Shown here: piece after piece, positions 18,259 through 25,484 of the stretch
Layout of the letters: the number at the start of each line of letters is the position of its first letter
Numbering within the stretch: the first letter of the stretch is position 1
Source of the DNA: Chthonomonadales bacterium
GTDB lineage: Bacteria; Armatimonadota; Chthonomonadetes; Chthonomonadales; CAJBBX01
DNA length: 64,000 nucleotides
NCBI GenBank assembly: GCA_038229495.1
Contig: JBBROJ010000005.1
Span: 5,771 to 69,770 of the forward strand
Reading direction: 5' to 3'
Made by a program: the position numbers and the translations under genes
Notes under the pieces: generated by a model
Told to the model about the DNA's origin: nothing
The model's database searches: none
Seen by the model: only the letters and a program-made list of their open reading frames with translations

Positions 18259-18842
18259 ATGTGCTGGTCATTCCCGAAGATTCTCCAAAGGACCGGTATG
18301 TTCTCAAACCGATTGTCGAGGCGATGATGAAGGCGACTGGTAAGCCAAGAGCGAACGTAGTCGTTTGTGGTTCTCCGCGCCTCAGGGGAATCGTTCAAGC
18401 ATTAAATCGGGAACGAATTGAAGAGATTATCAACCGTTATAAGGGGATGCATGCGCTTATCCTTCTTATTGTCGACCGGGACGGAGAACCGAGCCGGCGT
18501 TTCGCTTTGAATGATTTGGAAAAGCATGCCGGTAACCTACTAGGGACCGGTAAATGGTTCTTCGCGGAAAACGCCTGGCAAGAGGTTGAAGTGTGGGTAT
18601 TGGCGGGGCTAAAATTGCCTCCCGAATGGGTATGGGAAGATATTCGCTCGGACCGCGACCCCAAAGAGCGGTATTTTAACCTATATGCGTTGCAACGCGG
18701 TGTTTCGTCCGAGCTTGACGGAGGTCGTAAGAGTCTGGCAGAAGAAGCCGCGTTAAACTATTCTCGAATTAGAACGCTCAGTCCCGAAATTGGGGAATTA
18801 GAGAATCGCGTTCGTGACGCCATAAAGGGAGCCGCAACTTGA
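18255..18842 (+). CDS. Small partner protein of the ATPase with an E...DxD (TOPRIM-like, DUF4276-like) pattern
   Basis: The GTG start overlaps the ATPase stop by 4 nt (GTGA). 195 aa. 'VLVIPEDS' early acidic residue and 'LLIVDRDGE' DxD motif. The fold assignment is not verified. Confidence 0.6.
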   Translation: MNVLVIPEDSPKDRYVLKPIVEAMMKATGKPRANVVVCGSPRLRGIVQALNRERIEEIINRYKGMHALILLIVDRDGEPSRRFALNDLEKHAGNLLGTGKWFFAENAWQEVEVWVLAGLKLPPEWVWEDIRSDRDPKERYFNLYALQRGVSSELDGGRKSLAEEAALNYSRIRTLSPEIGELENRVRDAIKGAAT

Positions 18843-20143
18843 AATCGCCTCATCGCCTCATCGCCTCATCGCTTTTCTTTCTTATGTTCTCCTGTCTTTG
18901 CATCTCCATCTGCCGGGCCGACCTGATGGCGGGAGCGTCGAAGGTATCGATCACGCCGGACCCGAACGTGATGCCCTACCAGCTGGGCGGCTACGTTTCG
19001 CCGGAGCGCACGGGCCACAACGCAACCGGGATACACGACACCTGCTATGCCCGCGCGCTCGTCCTATCGGACGGGCCCGCCAAGTGCGCAATCGTTTCGC
19101 TCGACCTCTGCTTCATGCCTGCAAGCGTAAAGACCGCCGTCGTGATTCGCGTGGCGTCGCTCGGCATTCCGGCATCGGGCCTCTTCCTCTCCGCGACGCA
19201 CACCCACTCCGCTCTCGATCCGCTGGCGCTGCACGGCGCGAATACCGTCCCCGCCGGCTCCCTGTCGGCTTATGATTTGAAGCTTGCGGACTGGGTCGCG
19301 GACCGAATCGCGCAGGCTATTACCGAGGCGAACGGAAAGCTTCGACCGGCACGCGCGGGAAGCGGACAGGCGCGGAACCTCGGCCTGAATCGCAACCGTC
19401 GCGGAGAGAAGCTGACCGATGACACTATGATAGCGCTCAAGGTGACGGATGCCGGCGGAAAGCCGCTGGCCGCCATTTTCAATTATGCCGCGCATCCGGT
19501 CTACTACGGCGCGAATATGCTCCAGGTCTCAGGCGATTGGTCCGGCACATTCCAACGACAGATGGAAGCGGTCTATCCCGGCAGCGTAACGCTCTTCCTG
19601 AACGGTGCGGAGGGCGACGCTTCGCCAAACGGCGCGGATGAGGGCACGCCCGCCGAGAAGATCGACACCTACTCCGCCAAGATAAGCCTGGCCGCGCGCC
19701 GCCTATACGACTCCATTGCGGCCAACTCTAGCGGCGGCCTGAAGGCATGGACGCAGGATACGGAGTTGGGCCCGCCAAAGCCGCATCCGTTCTTCTTGCT
19801 CGCCGCCGGCTCGCTTCACGCGACCGCAGCCCAGGCGCGAGAAATGGTGTACCGCATCATGCCCACCCGCTGCGAGGTAAGCTTCGTCCGAATCGGCGAC
19901 GCGCTGTTTATCGGCGTGCCCGGCGAGCCGACCGCGGCGGTGGGCCTTGCAGGGAAAGCGCTGGCCGCCGGAGCGGGAGCAAAGAGCGTTGGAATCGTGG
20001 CCCTCACGAACGGCTGGCTCGGCTACCTCCTCACGCCCGAGCAGTACAAGGCGGGCAAATATGAGGCGACCATGTCCTTCTACGGGGACCAGAGCGGCGA
20101 GAAGATTCTGGCCGGCATAACAGCCGGCCTGAACCCGCGATAA
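18839..20143 (+). CDS. Neutral/alkaline ceramidase-like hydrolase (secreted)
   Basis: Signal peptide 'LIASSLFFLMFSCLCISICRA'. 'AGASKVSITPD...GGY...GIHDTCYARALVL...IVSLDLC...SATHTHSA' matches the neutral ceramidase N-terminal domain pattern. The start is uncertain (TTG 18839 or ATG 18884). Confidence 0.7.
   Translation: MKSPHRLIASSLFFLMFSCLCISICRADLMAGASKVSITPDPNVMPYQLGGYVSPERTGHNATGIHDTCYARALVLSDGPAKCAIVSLDLCFMPASVKTAVVIRVASLGIPASGLFLSATHTHSALDPLALHGANTVPAGSLSAYDLKLADWVADRIAQAITEANGKLRPARAGSGQARNLGLNRNRRGEKLTDDTMIALKVTDAGGKPLAAIFNYAAHPVYYGANMLQVSGDWSGTFQRQMEAVYPGSVTLFLNGAEGDASPNGADEGTPAEKIDTYSAKISLAARRLYDSIAANSSGGLKAWTQDTELGPPKPHPFFLLAAGSLHATAAQAREMVYRIMPTRCEVSFVRIGDALFIGVPGEPTAAVGLAGKALAAGAGAKSVGIVALTNGWLGYLLTPEQYKAGKYEATMSFYGDQSGEKILAGITAGLNPR
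18845..18872. repeat. Tandem octamer (TCGCCTCA) x3.5
   Basis: Read directly. It lies in the first codons of the 18839 ORF (encoding 'SPHRLIAS'). Confidence 0.8.
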
Positions 20144-20172
20144 CATCGAATCAAGCCGTCAGACATTAAACC

Positions 20173-20214
20173 TGACCACTGACCACTGACCACTGACCAC
20201 TGACCACTGACCAC
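20173..20214. repeat. Tandem heptamer (TGACCAC) x6
   Basis: Six perfect units read directly, between the convergent gene ends 20143(+) and 20218(-). Confidence 0.95.
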
Positions 20215-20217
20215 TTC

Positions 20218-21486
20218 TCACGGCTTGGGTGGAATTTGAATGGGAATACGCTGCCCCGCGATTGTCCCCGGCGCAGGATTCCTATCGATGGGTCCGATGC
20301 TCGCCAAACTGTAACGCGTACCCTCCAGCCGCTTGAACTCGAAGGGTTGGCCGTTGAACGGATCGAGCGCCAGCTTGCCAAGCTTCAGATCCGCCAGTCC
20401 CCCGGGCAGACTCCCGTATTCCCACAGGTAATGGCGGATTAAGGCGTGCACACCCAGCATCTGTATCTGAGCCTGCTCCTGCGAATACCGGTCGAGTACC
20501 GTTCCGAGCATTCGGTCCCCCGCCATCAGTTCTGCCAGCACGCCGGCCATGGTGGTTTGGTCAATGGGTGTTGGAGGCTTCCGATTCCAAGCGGGTTGAT
20601 TAAGGCTGTCGATTACCTGATCAAAGCGCGCCGTATTCATCAGCCGCGCCTGGTCGAAGAGGGCAGCCGCGCTATTAGGATTGGCGGTCAGCTCCTGGCG
20701 GACATTCTCAAATTGCTGTTTGCGAAGCGGGGGGTCGTCCTTTTGAGGCTTGATCAGCGTGAGCAGCTTGACAGGGTCCGCCTTGTATTTATTCCATACG
20801 AAGGCCATGGACGCTTTTTCGAATCGGATCAGCGGAATCGCCGGGTCAGGAAGATCGAGCCACGCTCTTACCAGGGCCAATAGCCTGTCGCAGTCCCGCA
20901 TCGAGAGCTGGTCGAGGTGCTCGGACAACTGGCGTATGGCAATTGTGTCGACAGAAATACCGACGAGACCGCTGACGAGCGAATCGGTCTGGGCGGCATA
21001 GCCGAGCTTCAGCACGTCGGCGAGATTATCGAGCGCCTGCGGAACCCGTCCGTCCGCCATGTCAACGTACATCGAAACACCAAGAACACGCGCCAGGGGA
21101 CGAAACGTCATCAGCTCGGGGAAAATAATCTCATCGTCGAGGCTGGCGCGCGGAGATCGGACCGGCTTCTTAAGTCCCGCGCGGAGCGTGTCTAGTGCGC
21201 TCCGAACAAGCGGGTCCGACACGAGGCGTCTCTTGACCTGCAGCGTGGCAGGCTGGTCGCTGCCTATGGTGTTATTGTAATCCCGCCAAACGGGGGCGTT
21301 CGCAAGGATATCCCCGGCGCGCACCATCTCCTCATAACCGTTCTGCCCGGTCGGATTCGCGAATAACTTTGCGAAGTTGTTGGTAGGCAGCGGTTCGGGC
21401 GCTTGCGAAGCAGCTGGGGAGCGCGGGGCGCAGAGTGCGCAGGCAGCTCCCGCGCATAGGACTGCTCGATTCAGGATTCCGACCAT
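20218..21486 (-). CDS. Secreted hypothetical protein
   Basis: 422-aa ORF with leader 'AVLCAGAACALCAPRSPAAS'. No motif recognised. Codon usage looks like the neighbouring genes. Confidence 0.6.
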   Translation of the reverse strand: MVGILNRAVLCAGAACALCAPRSPAASQAPEPLPTNNFAKLFANPTGQNGYEEMVRAGDILANAPVWRDYNNTIGSDQPATLQVKRRLVSDPLVRSALDTLRAGLKKPVRSPRASLDDEIIFPELMTFRPLARVLGVSMYVDMADGRVPQALDNLADVLKLGYAAQTDSLVSGLVGISVDTIAIRQLSEHLDQLSMRDCDRLLALVRAWLDLPDPAIPLIRFEKASMAFVWNKYKADPVKLLTLIKPQKDDPPLRKQQFENVRQELTANPNSAAALFDQARLMNTARFDQVIDSLNQPAWNRKPPTPIDQTTMAGVLAELMAGDRMLGTVLDRYSQEQAQIQMLGVHALIRHYLWEYGSLPGGLADLKLGKLALDPFNGQPFEFKRLEGTRYSLASIGPIDRNPAPGTIAGQRIPIQIPPKP

Positions 21487-21567
21487 TGTCTGTCACCTCT
21501 CTTTGGCTCAGAGAAAATCGTGTCGTCTCGCATGATATTGACGGGACAAGTTGCTGCCGAAGTTCGG

Positions 21568-23391
21568 TTATGATTGGGTTTTGGAAGCTCCCGCGAAAAA
21601 GATTCGCAGCATCTTTACGGGTTCATCAACTCCGCGCACGACGGTCTCGAATGGCGTTATCGAGTATTCGCCACTCGACAGGATCTCGGCGATGGCGGGA
21701 TCCGCGGCGAGCGCACTGCTGATGACGACGTCTCCGCCCTCGCTCGCTCCTTGAACGCGTGCCGCCAGATTCACGGTCTGGCCGAAGTAGTCGAGCTTCT
21801 CATTTGCCGTTACGGCGATGGCGGGACCGTAGTGGAGGCCCAGCTTCACGACGGGGTGATCCGGCTCCGCCATCGCCGCGCGCTGAATCGCCAGCGCCGC
21901 GTCGACGCCCTCGGCGGGGTCGCTGAAGGTTGCCATCACCGCGTCGCCAATCGTCTTTACGATTGCGCCGTTGTGCGCGTCGATGATTCGCCGCATAAGA
22001 TCGAAGTGCTCGCGCACCGTTCGATACGATGGCGCGTCGCCCTGCGCGCGATACATCGCCGTGGACCCTTTGAGATCGCTGAACAGGACGCAAATCTGCC
22101 GGACCGCAAGCTCCATGCCCGGCGCGAGAACCTCGGAACTGAACTGGTCGCGGAAGGTCTGAAGTGAAGTCACGAGCGCGGCGGTCGCCGTCTGGTTCGT
22201 CCACTCCGGGGTCTCCATGCGCAGTACCACCTCTTGCCCGGATTCGTTTACGATGGTCCACGCCGACCGGCAGCCAGTCTCTTCGCCCGATTCCAATTGT
22301 ATAACAGCTCGACTCTCCGATTCTGTAATCCGTACGCATGCCTCATCGGCCGCCGACTCGCAAGTGGAATATGAAACCGTCTGCGCGGCTTGTAAGCTGG
22401 CGAGGGTGTAGCCGCCCGGCGCTAGAATCAGCGTTTCGGTCCGTCTCTCTCCGGGGCGCAGGTAGAATTGGGCCACGGCGTGCGGAGCGCGGCCAGGGCC
22501 GCCGATGCAGAAGGTCGTCTCGCGCACGTCGCGAATAGCAGGAGCTACGCTGAAACAGACCTCTACGGAGCGGTCGAACTCCGCATCAAACCGAATGTTG
22601 CAGGCTTCGCAATGAACGCTTTCGCCTACCTCCGACAGGCGCGAGGTCGCGGCAGGTCCTCCTCGGCATGAGGGGCAGAGCACGCGCCAGCGGAGATCCA
22701 GCAGGCCGACTGCGCTGCCCGCCGCCAGGAGGCACGCTTTCAGGACCGAAATTCGATCCACGCCCCAGCGGTCGGCAAGGGCGAACGGTCGCATTCCTAC
22801 CGTACTTTCTGGAGGAGCCCCCGCAAGGTAGCCGCCCAGTCGTTCTGCCACGTCCTCGCTCGCACCTGCCGTTTTCAGAAGCGCGAGTTTCTGGCGCAGC
22901 CGCTCCCGGTGCGCAGTCGGGCGACCTGAGTGGCGCGGATATGGAGTGGCGGCAGCCTCTTTCAAATAGGCGTCGAATCCGCGGTATGCCAAGATGAAAT
23001 CAGAAATCGCCTTCGCGCCTATCGCCCGGCAGGCGATCGCGCCGAGGGCATTGGTCGGTTCCAAGTCCCCCCACACTGTTACAAGCGTCCCGCCCTCTAC
23101 CTCTTCCAGCCGCGCGCCTCCCACCATTTCGCGAACCGGCCCCTTTTCGAACGTGCGGCGAACGTGATAGTAAGCTGGGCGTACCCAGTCGAACGGATGC
23201 TCGCGGTACCGCAGCGTGAAGCCGGCGATTCGCGCGGTCGCGATCGCATCGGTTCCACCCGCCTTGCGCGGCGTGAACGTGAAGAGAATCGGCGGCAGTC
23301 CTACCTCTCTGTTCAGCCGGTCCGTATCGGCCACCAGCTTCCAGACCGTCTCGCGGGACGCCGCCAGGATAATGCTCTGCTCAAAATGCAT
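21568..23391 (-). CDS. Class III adenylate/guanylate cyclase with an N-terminal SRPBCC domain and a central zinc-ribbon region
   Basis: C-terminus 'VLFSDLKGSTAMY...GAIVKTIGDAVMATF...KLGLHYGPA...DYFGQTVNLAARVQ'. N-terminus 'SRETVWKLVADTDRLNREVG'. 'CPSCRG...CEACN'. Confidence 0.85.
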   Translation of the reverse strand: MHFEQSIILAASRETVWKLVADTDRLNREVGLPPILFTFTPRKAGGTDAIATARIAGFTLRYREHPFDWVRPAYYHVRRTFEKGPVREMVGGARLEEVEGGTLVTVWGDLEPTNALGAIACRAIGAKAISDFILAYRGFDAYLKEAAATPYPRHSGRPTAHRERLRQKLALLKTAGASEDVAERLGGYLAGAPPESTVGMRPFALADRWGVDRISVLKACLLAAGSAVGLLDLRWRVLCPSCRGGPAATSRLSEVGESVHCEACNIRFDAEFDRSVEVCFSVAPAIRDVRETTFCIGGPGRAPHAVAQFYLRPGERRTETLILAPGGYTLASLQAAQTVSYSTCESAADEACVRITESESRAVIQLESGEETGCRSAWTIVNESGQEVVLRMETPEWTNQTATAALVTSLQTFRDQFSSEVLAPGMELAVRQICVLFSDLKGSTAMYRAQGDAPSYRTVREHFDLMRRIIDAHNGAIVKTIGDAVMATFSDPAEGVDAALAIQRAAMAEPDHPVVKLGLHYGPAIAVTANEKLDYFGQTVNLAARVQGASEGGDVVISSALAADPAIAEILSSGEYSITPFETVVRGVDEPVKMLRIFFAGASKTQS

Positions 23392-23428
23392 TGGATATTC
23401 AAGCCGATGATACGAGATGAAAAGCAGC

Positions 23429-23581
23429 CATTATGAACGTGATGAACATTATGGCTAAGCTCTCTGCAGCGAGCGAGCGAGTGAATGAATTCACTCGCTG
23501 GGGGGCCTGCGGCCGGGCGTCCTGCCGGACGAAAAAGTAGCTTAAGCAAGAGGTCGCATTATGTTCATCATGTTCATAATA
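23429..23581. repeat. MITE-like or palindromic intergenic element: 25-bp imperfect terminal inverted repeats enclosing a REP-like hairpin
   Basis: Left 'cattatgaacgtgatgaacattatg' (23429-23453) against the reverse complement of the right end (23557-23581), 'tattatgaacatgatgaacataatg', gives 22/25 matches. Internal hairpin 'agcgagtgaa-tgaa-ttcactcgct' at 23476-23499. Confidence 0.45.
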
Positions 23582-23656
23582 GCTAAACTCTCCGCTACGG
23601 CAGACTCTCATTCGCCCTTACAGTCGCAAATCCTGTTTATGGCGGCTCGCCGCGCG

Positions 23657-23686
23657 TTGACACCCGCCCGGCGAGAAGGCTATACT
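23657..23686 (+). promoter_or_regulatory. Sigma70-like promoter for tyrS (TTGACA-N18-TATACT)
   Basis: TTGACA at 23657-23662 and TATACT at 23681-23686, ~47 nt upstream of the tyrS ATG. Confidence 0.6.
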
Positions 23687-23732
23687 ACCACCACACTCAA
23701 TTTGAAACAGCCGGAAGGTCCACGGAACGAGA

Positions 23733-24992
23733 ATGGCGGCGGAGGAGCGGGACACAATTGGCCCGGAAACGATCGAACAGGCCGCGCGGCTGAAGCGCGG
23801 CGTACTCGGGATTACGCCGGAAAACGGGCTTGAGGAGAAGCTGGCGAAGTCGGCGCGCGCCGGCCGGCCGCTCAAGGTAAAGCTTGGCTTGGATCCCACC
23901 GCGCCGGATATTCACCTCGGATTCGCCGTCGTGCTGCGCAAGCTCCGCCAGTTCCAGGACCTCGGCCACGAAGTCATCATCATCATCGGCGACTATACGG
24001 CGCTGATCGGGGACCCCTCCGGCCGCTCCGCCACCCGCCCCATGCTCTCGGGGGAGGCGATTCAGGAGAACGCGCAGACCTATGTCGATCAGCTTGCGCG
24101 CATCCTTGACCGCGATAAGACCACCGTCCGATTCAACAGCGAGTGGCTGGGCAAACTCAACTTTGCCGAGATCGTGCGTCTCACCTCCAAGATGACGGTC
24201 GCGCAAGTGATGGAGCGCGAGGACTTCCGCAGCCGCTACACCCAGGGCCAGCCCATCAGCCTGCACGAGCTGCTCTATCCCCTGGCGCAGGCATACGATT
24301 CGGTGGCAATAGAAGCCGACATCGAAATGGGCGGGCAGGATCAGATGTTCAATATCCTTGCCGGTCGCGGGCTGCAAAAGGAGATGGGGCAGGAGCCGCA
24401 GATCGCCCTCCTCATGCCGCTGCTGGTGGGCCTGGACGGCGTGAAGAAGATGTCCAAATCGCTCGGCAACTACGTCGGAATCGCAGAATCTCCGGACACC
24501 ATGTTCGGCAAGCTGCTCTCGATTTCGGACGACCTCATGTCCACCTATTTCGAGCTTTGCACGGACGTACCGATGGATGAAATGAAGACGCTCCTGACGG
24601 ATGCGAAAGAAGGCCCGTCCAACCCGAAGGACGTGAAGCGCCGCCTCGCCCGCGAAATCATTACACTCTACCATAGCGCGGACGCGGCGCGCGCAGCCGA
24701 CGCGGAGTTCGAGCGCGTGCACGCGCGCGGCGAAATGCCGGAGGATATTTCCGATATCGAAATCACGCCGGAATTGCTCCGAGACGGCAAAGCGTGGATA
24801 TGCCGGCTGGTCGTAGAAGCCGGGTTCGCAAAGAGCGCCAGTGACGCGCGCCGCCTCGTGCAACAGGGCGGCGTAAAGCTGAACGGCGAGAAGGTGACCG
24901 ATCCGGCAGCCGACTTCGCGCCCGAATCTCTTGAGGGCGCAATCCTTCAGGTCGGCAGCCGCCATTTCGCTCGCCTCCGTTCGCGACAATAG
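23733..24992 (+). CDS. tyrS: Tyrosine--tRNA ligase
   Basis: 'LGLDPTAPDIHLGFAVVLRKL' (HIGH region), 'KMSKSLGNYV' (KMSKS), and a C-terminal S4-like domain 'SASDARRLVQQGGVKLNG'. Confidence 0.95.
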   Translation: MAAEERDTIGPETIEQAARLKRGVLGITPENGLEEKLAKSARAGRPLKVKLGLDPTAPDIHLGFAVVLRKLRQFQDLGHEVIIIIGDYTALIGDPSGRSATRPMLSGEAIQENAQTYVDQLARILDRDKTTVRFNSEWLGKLNFAEIVRLTSKMTVAQVMEREDFRSRYTQGQPISLHELLYPLAQAYDSVAIEADIEMGGQDQMFNILAGRGLQKEMGQEPQIALLMPLLVGLDGVKKMSKSLGNYVGIAESPDTMFGKLLSISDDLMSTYFELCTDVPMDEMKTLLTDAKEGPSNPKDVKRRLAREIITLYHSADAARAADAEFERVHARGEMPEDISDIEITPELLRDGKAWICRLVVEAGFAKSASDARRLVQQGGVKLNGEKVTDPAADFAPESLEGAILQVGSRHFARLRSRQ

Positions 24993-25359
24993 CCCATCGC
25001 AAGCTTCCGAAGCACTCCCCGATCCTCGCCTGCCTGCTCTGATTTTTTTGATTCACGTAACCTCTTCATGTCTACACGCATTTTGAATCTATCCCGCCCG
25101 GACAGGCACGACAGCACGCTAAATGGGGCAGAAGATACCGTCTTGTCCATTCTAGTTATAATTGACAAAAAAGTTAGCTACATTTTACATTATAGTGGGA
25201 ACATACAGAGTGTATAATACGTCAATACAATTGTAAGAATGAATATCACATTCCGAACACGCCAAGAAATCATATTACTCTTGCAATATTAAGATTATAA
25301 CGAATCCTTCGGGGGGGCACCAGTGAGGCCAGGCAGACTTCACGCTTTCCGCGAAGGTA

Positions 25360-25410
25360 GACCGGGCAGCGATCGGGGGGGAAGATCGCAGCCCGGTCTT
25401 TGCTTGTCTG
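25360..25410 (+). terminator. Strong hairpin with a weak U-tail in the leader of the ABC ATPase gene (terminator or attenuator candidate)
   Basis: 15-bp stem (14/15 paired): 'gaccgggcagcgatc' 25360-25374 with 'gatcgcagcccggtc' 25384-25398. Loop 'gggggggaa', then 'tttgcttgtctg'. Confidence 0.35.
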
Positions 25411-25484
25411 TCCTCCGCTAATAGTCTCCGCAGCAGCACTCTCCCCGCTGGACGCTCCCAAACCGCGAATGCTATAATCGCCTT

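Noticed and set aside
23582-23732. T-box leader upstream of tyrS (and of glyS at 59812-60142)
   Set aside because: There is no 'GGTGGTACCGCG'-type T-box sequence and no specifier-loop/antiterminator arrangement. The tyrS promoter leaves only a ~40-nt 5'UTR.
23697-24989. 430-aa ORF on the minus strand, exactly antisense to tyrS
   Set aside because: The plus-strand frame carries unmistakable TyrRS motifs (HIGH-like, KMSKS). The antisense ORF is Arg/Ala/Leu-rich with no motif, so it is a typical high-GC shadow ORF.
25300-25484. Cobalamin riboswitch upstream of the BtuD/FecE-like ATPase
   Set aside because: I could not find the conserved core (GGGAA...GGTG..AA.CC, GCCACTG, B12-box AGYCMGGAGACCKGCC) in order on either strand. 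It is kept only as an unclassified structured leader.
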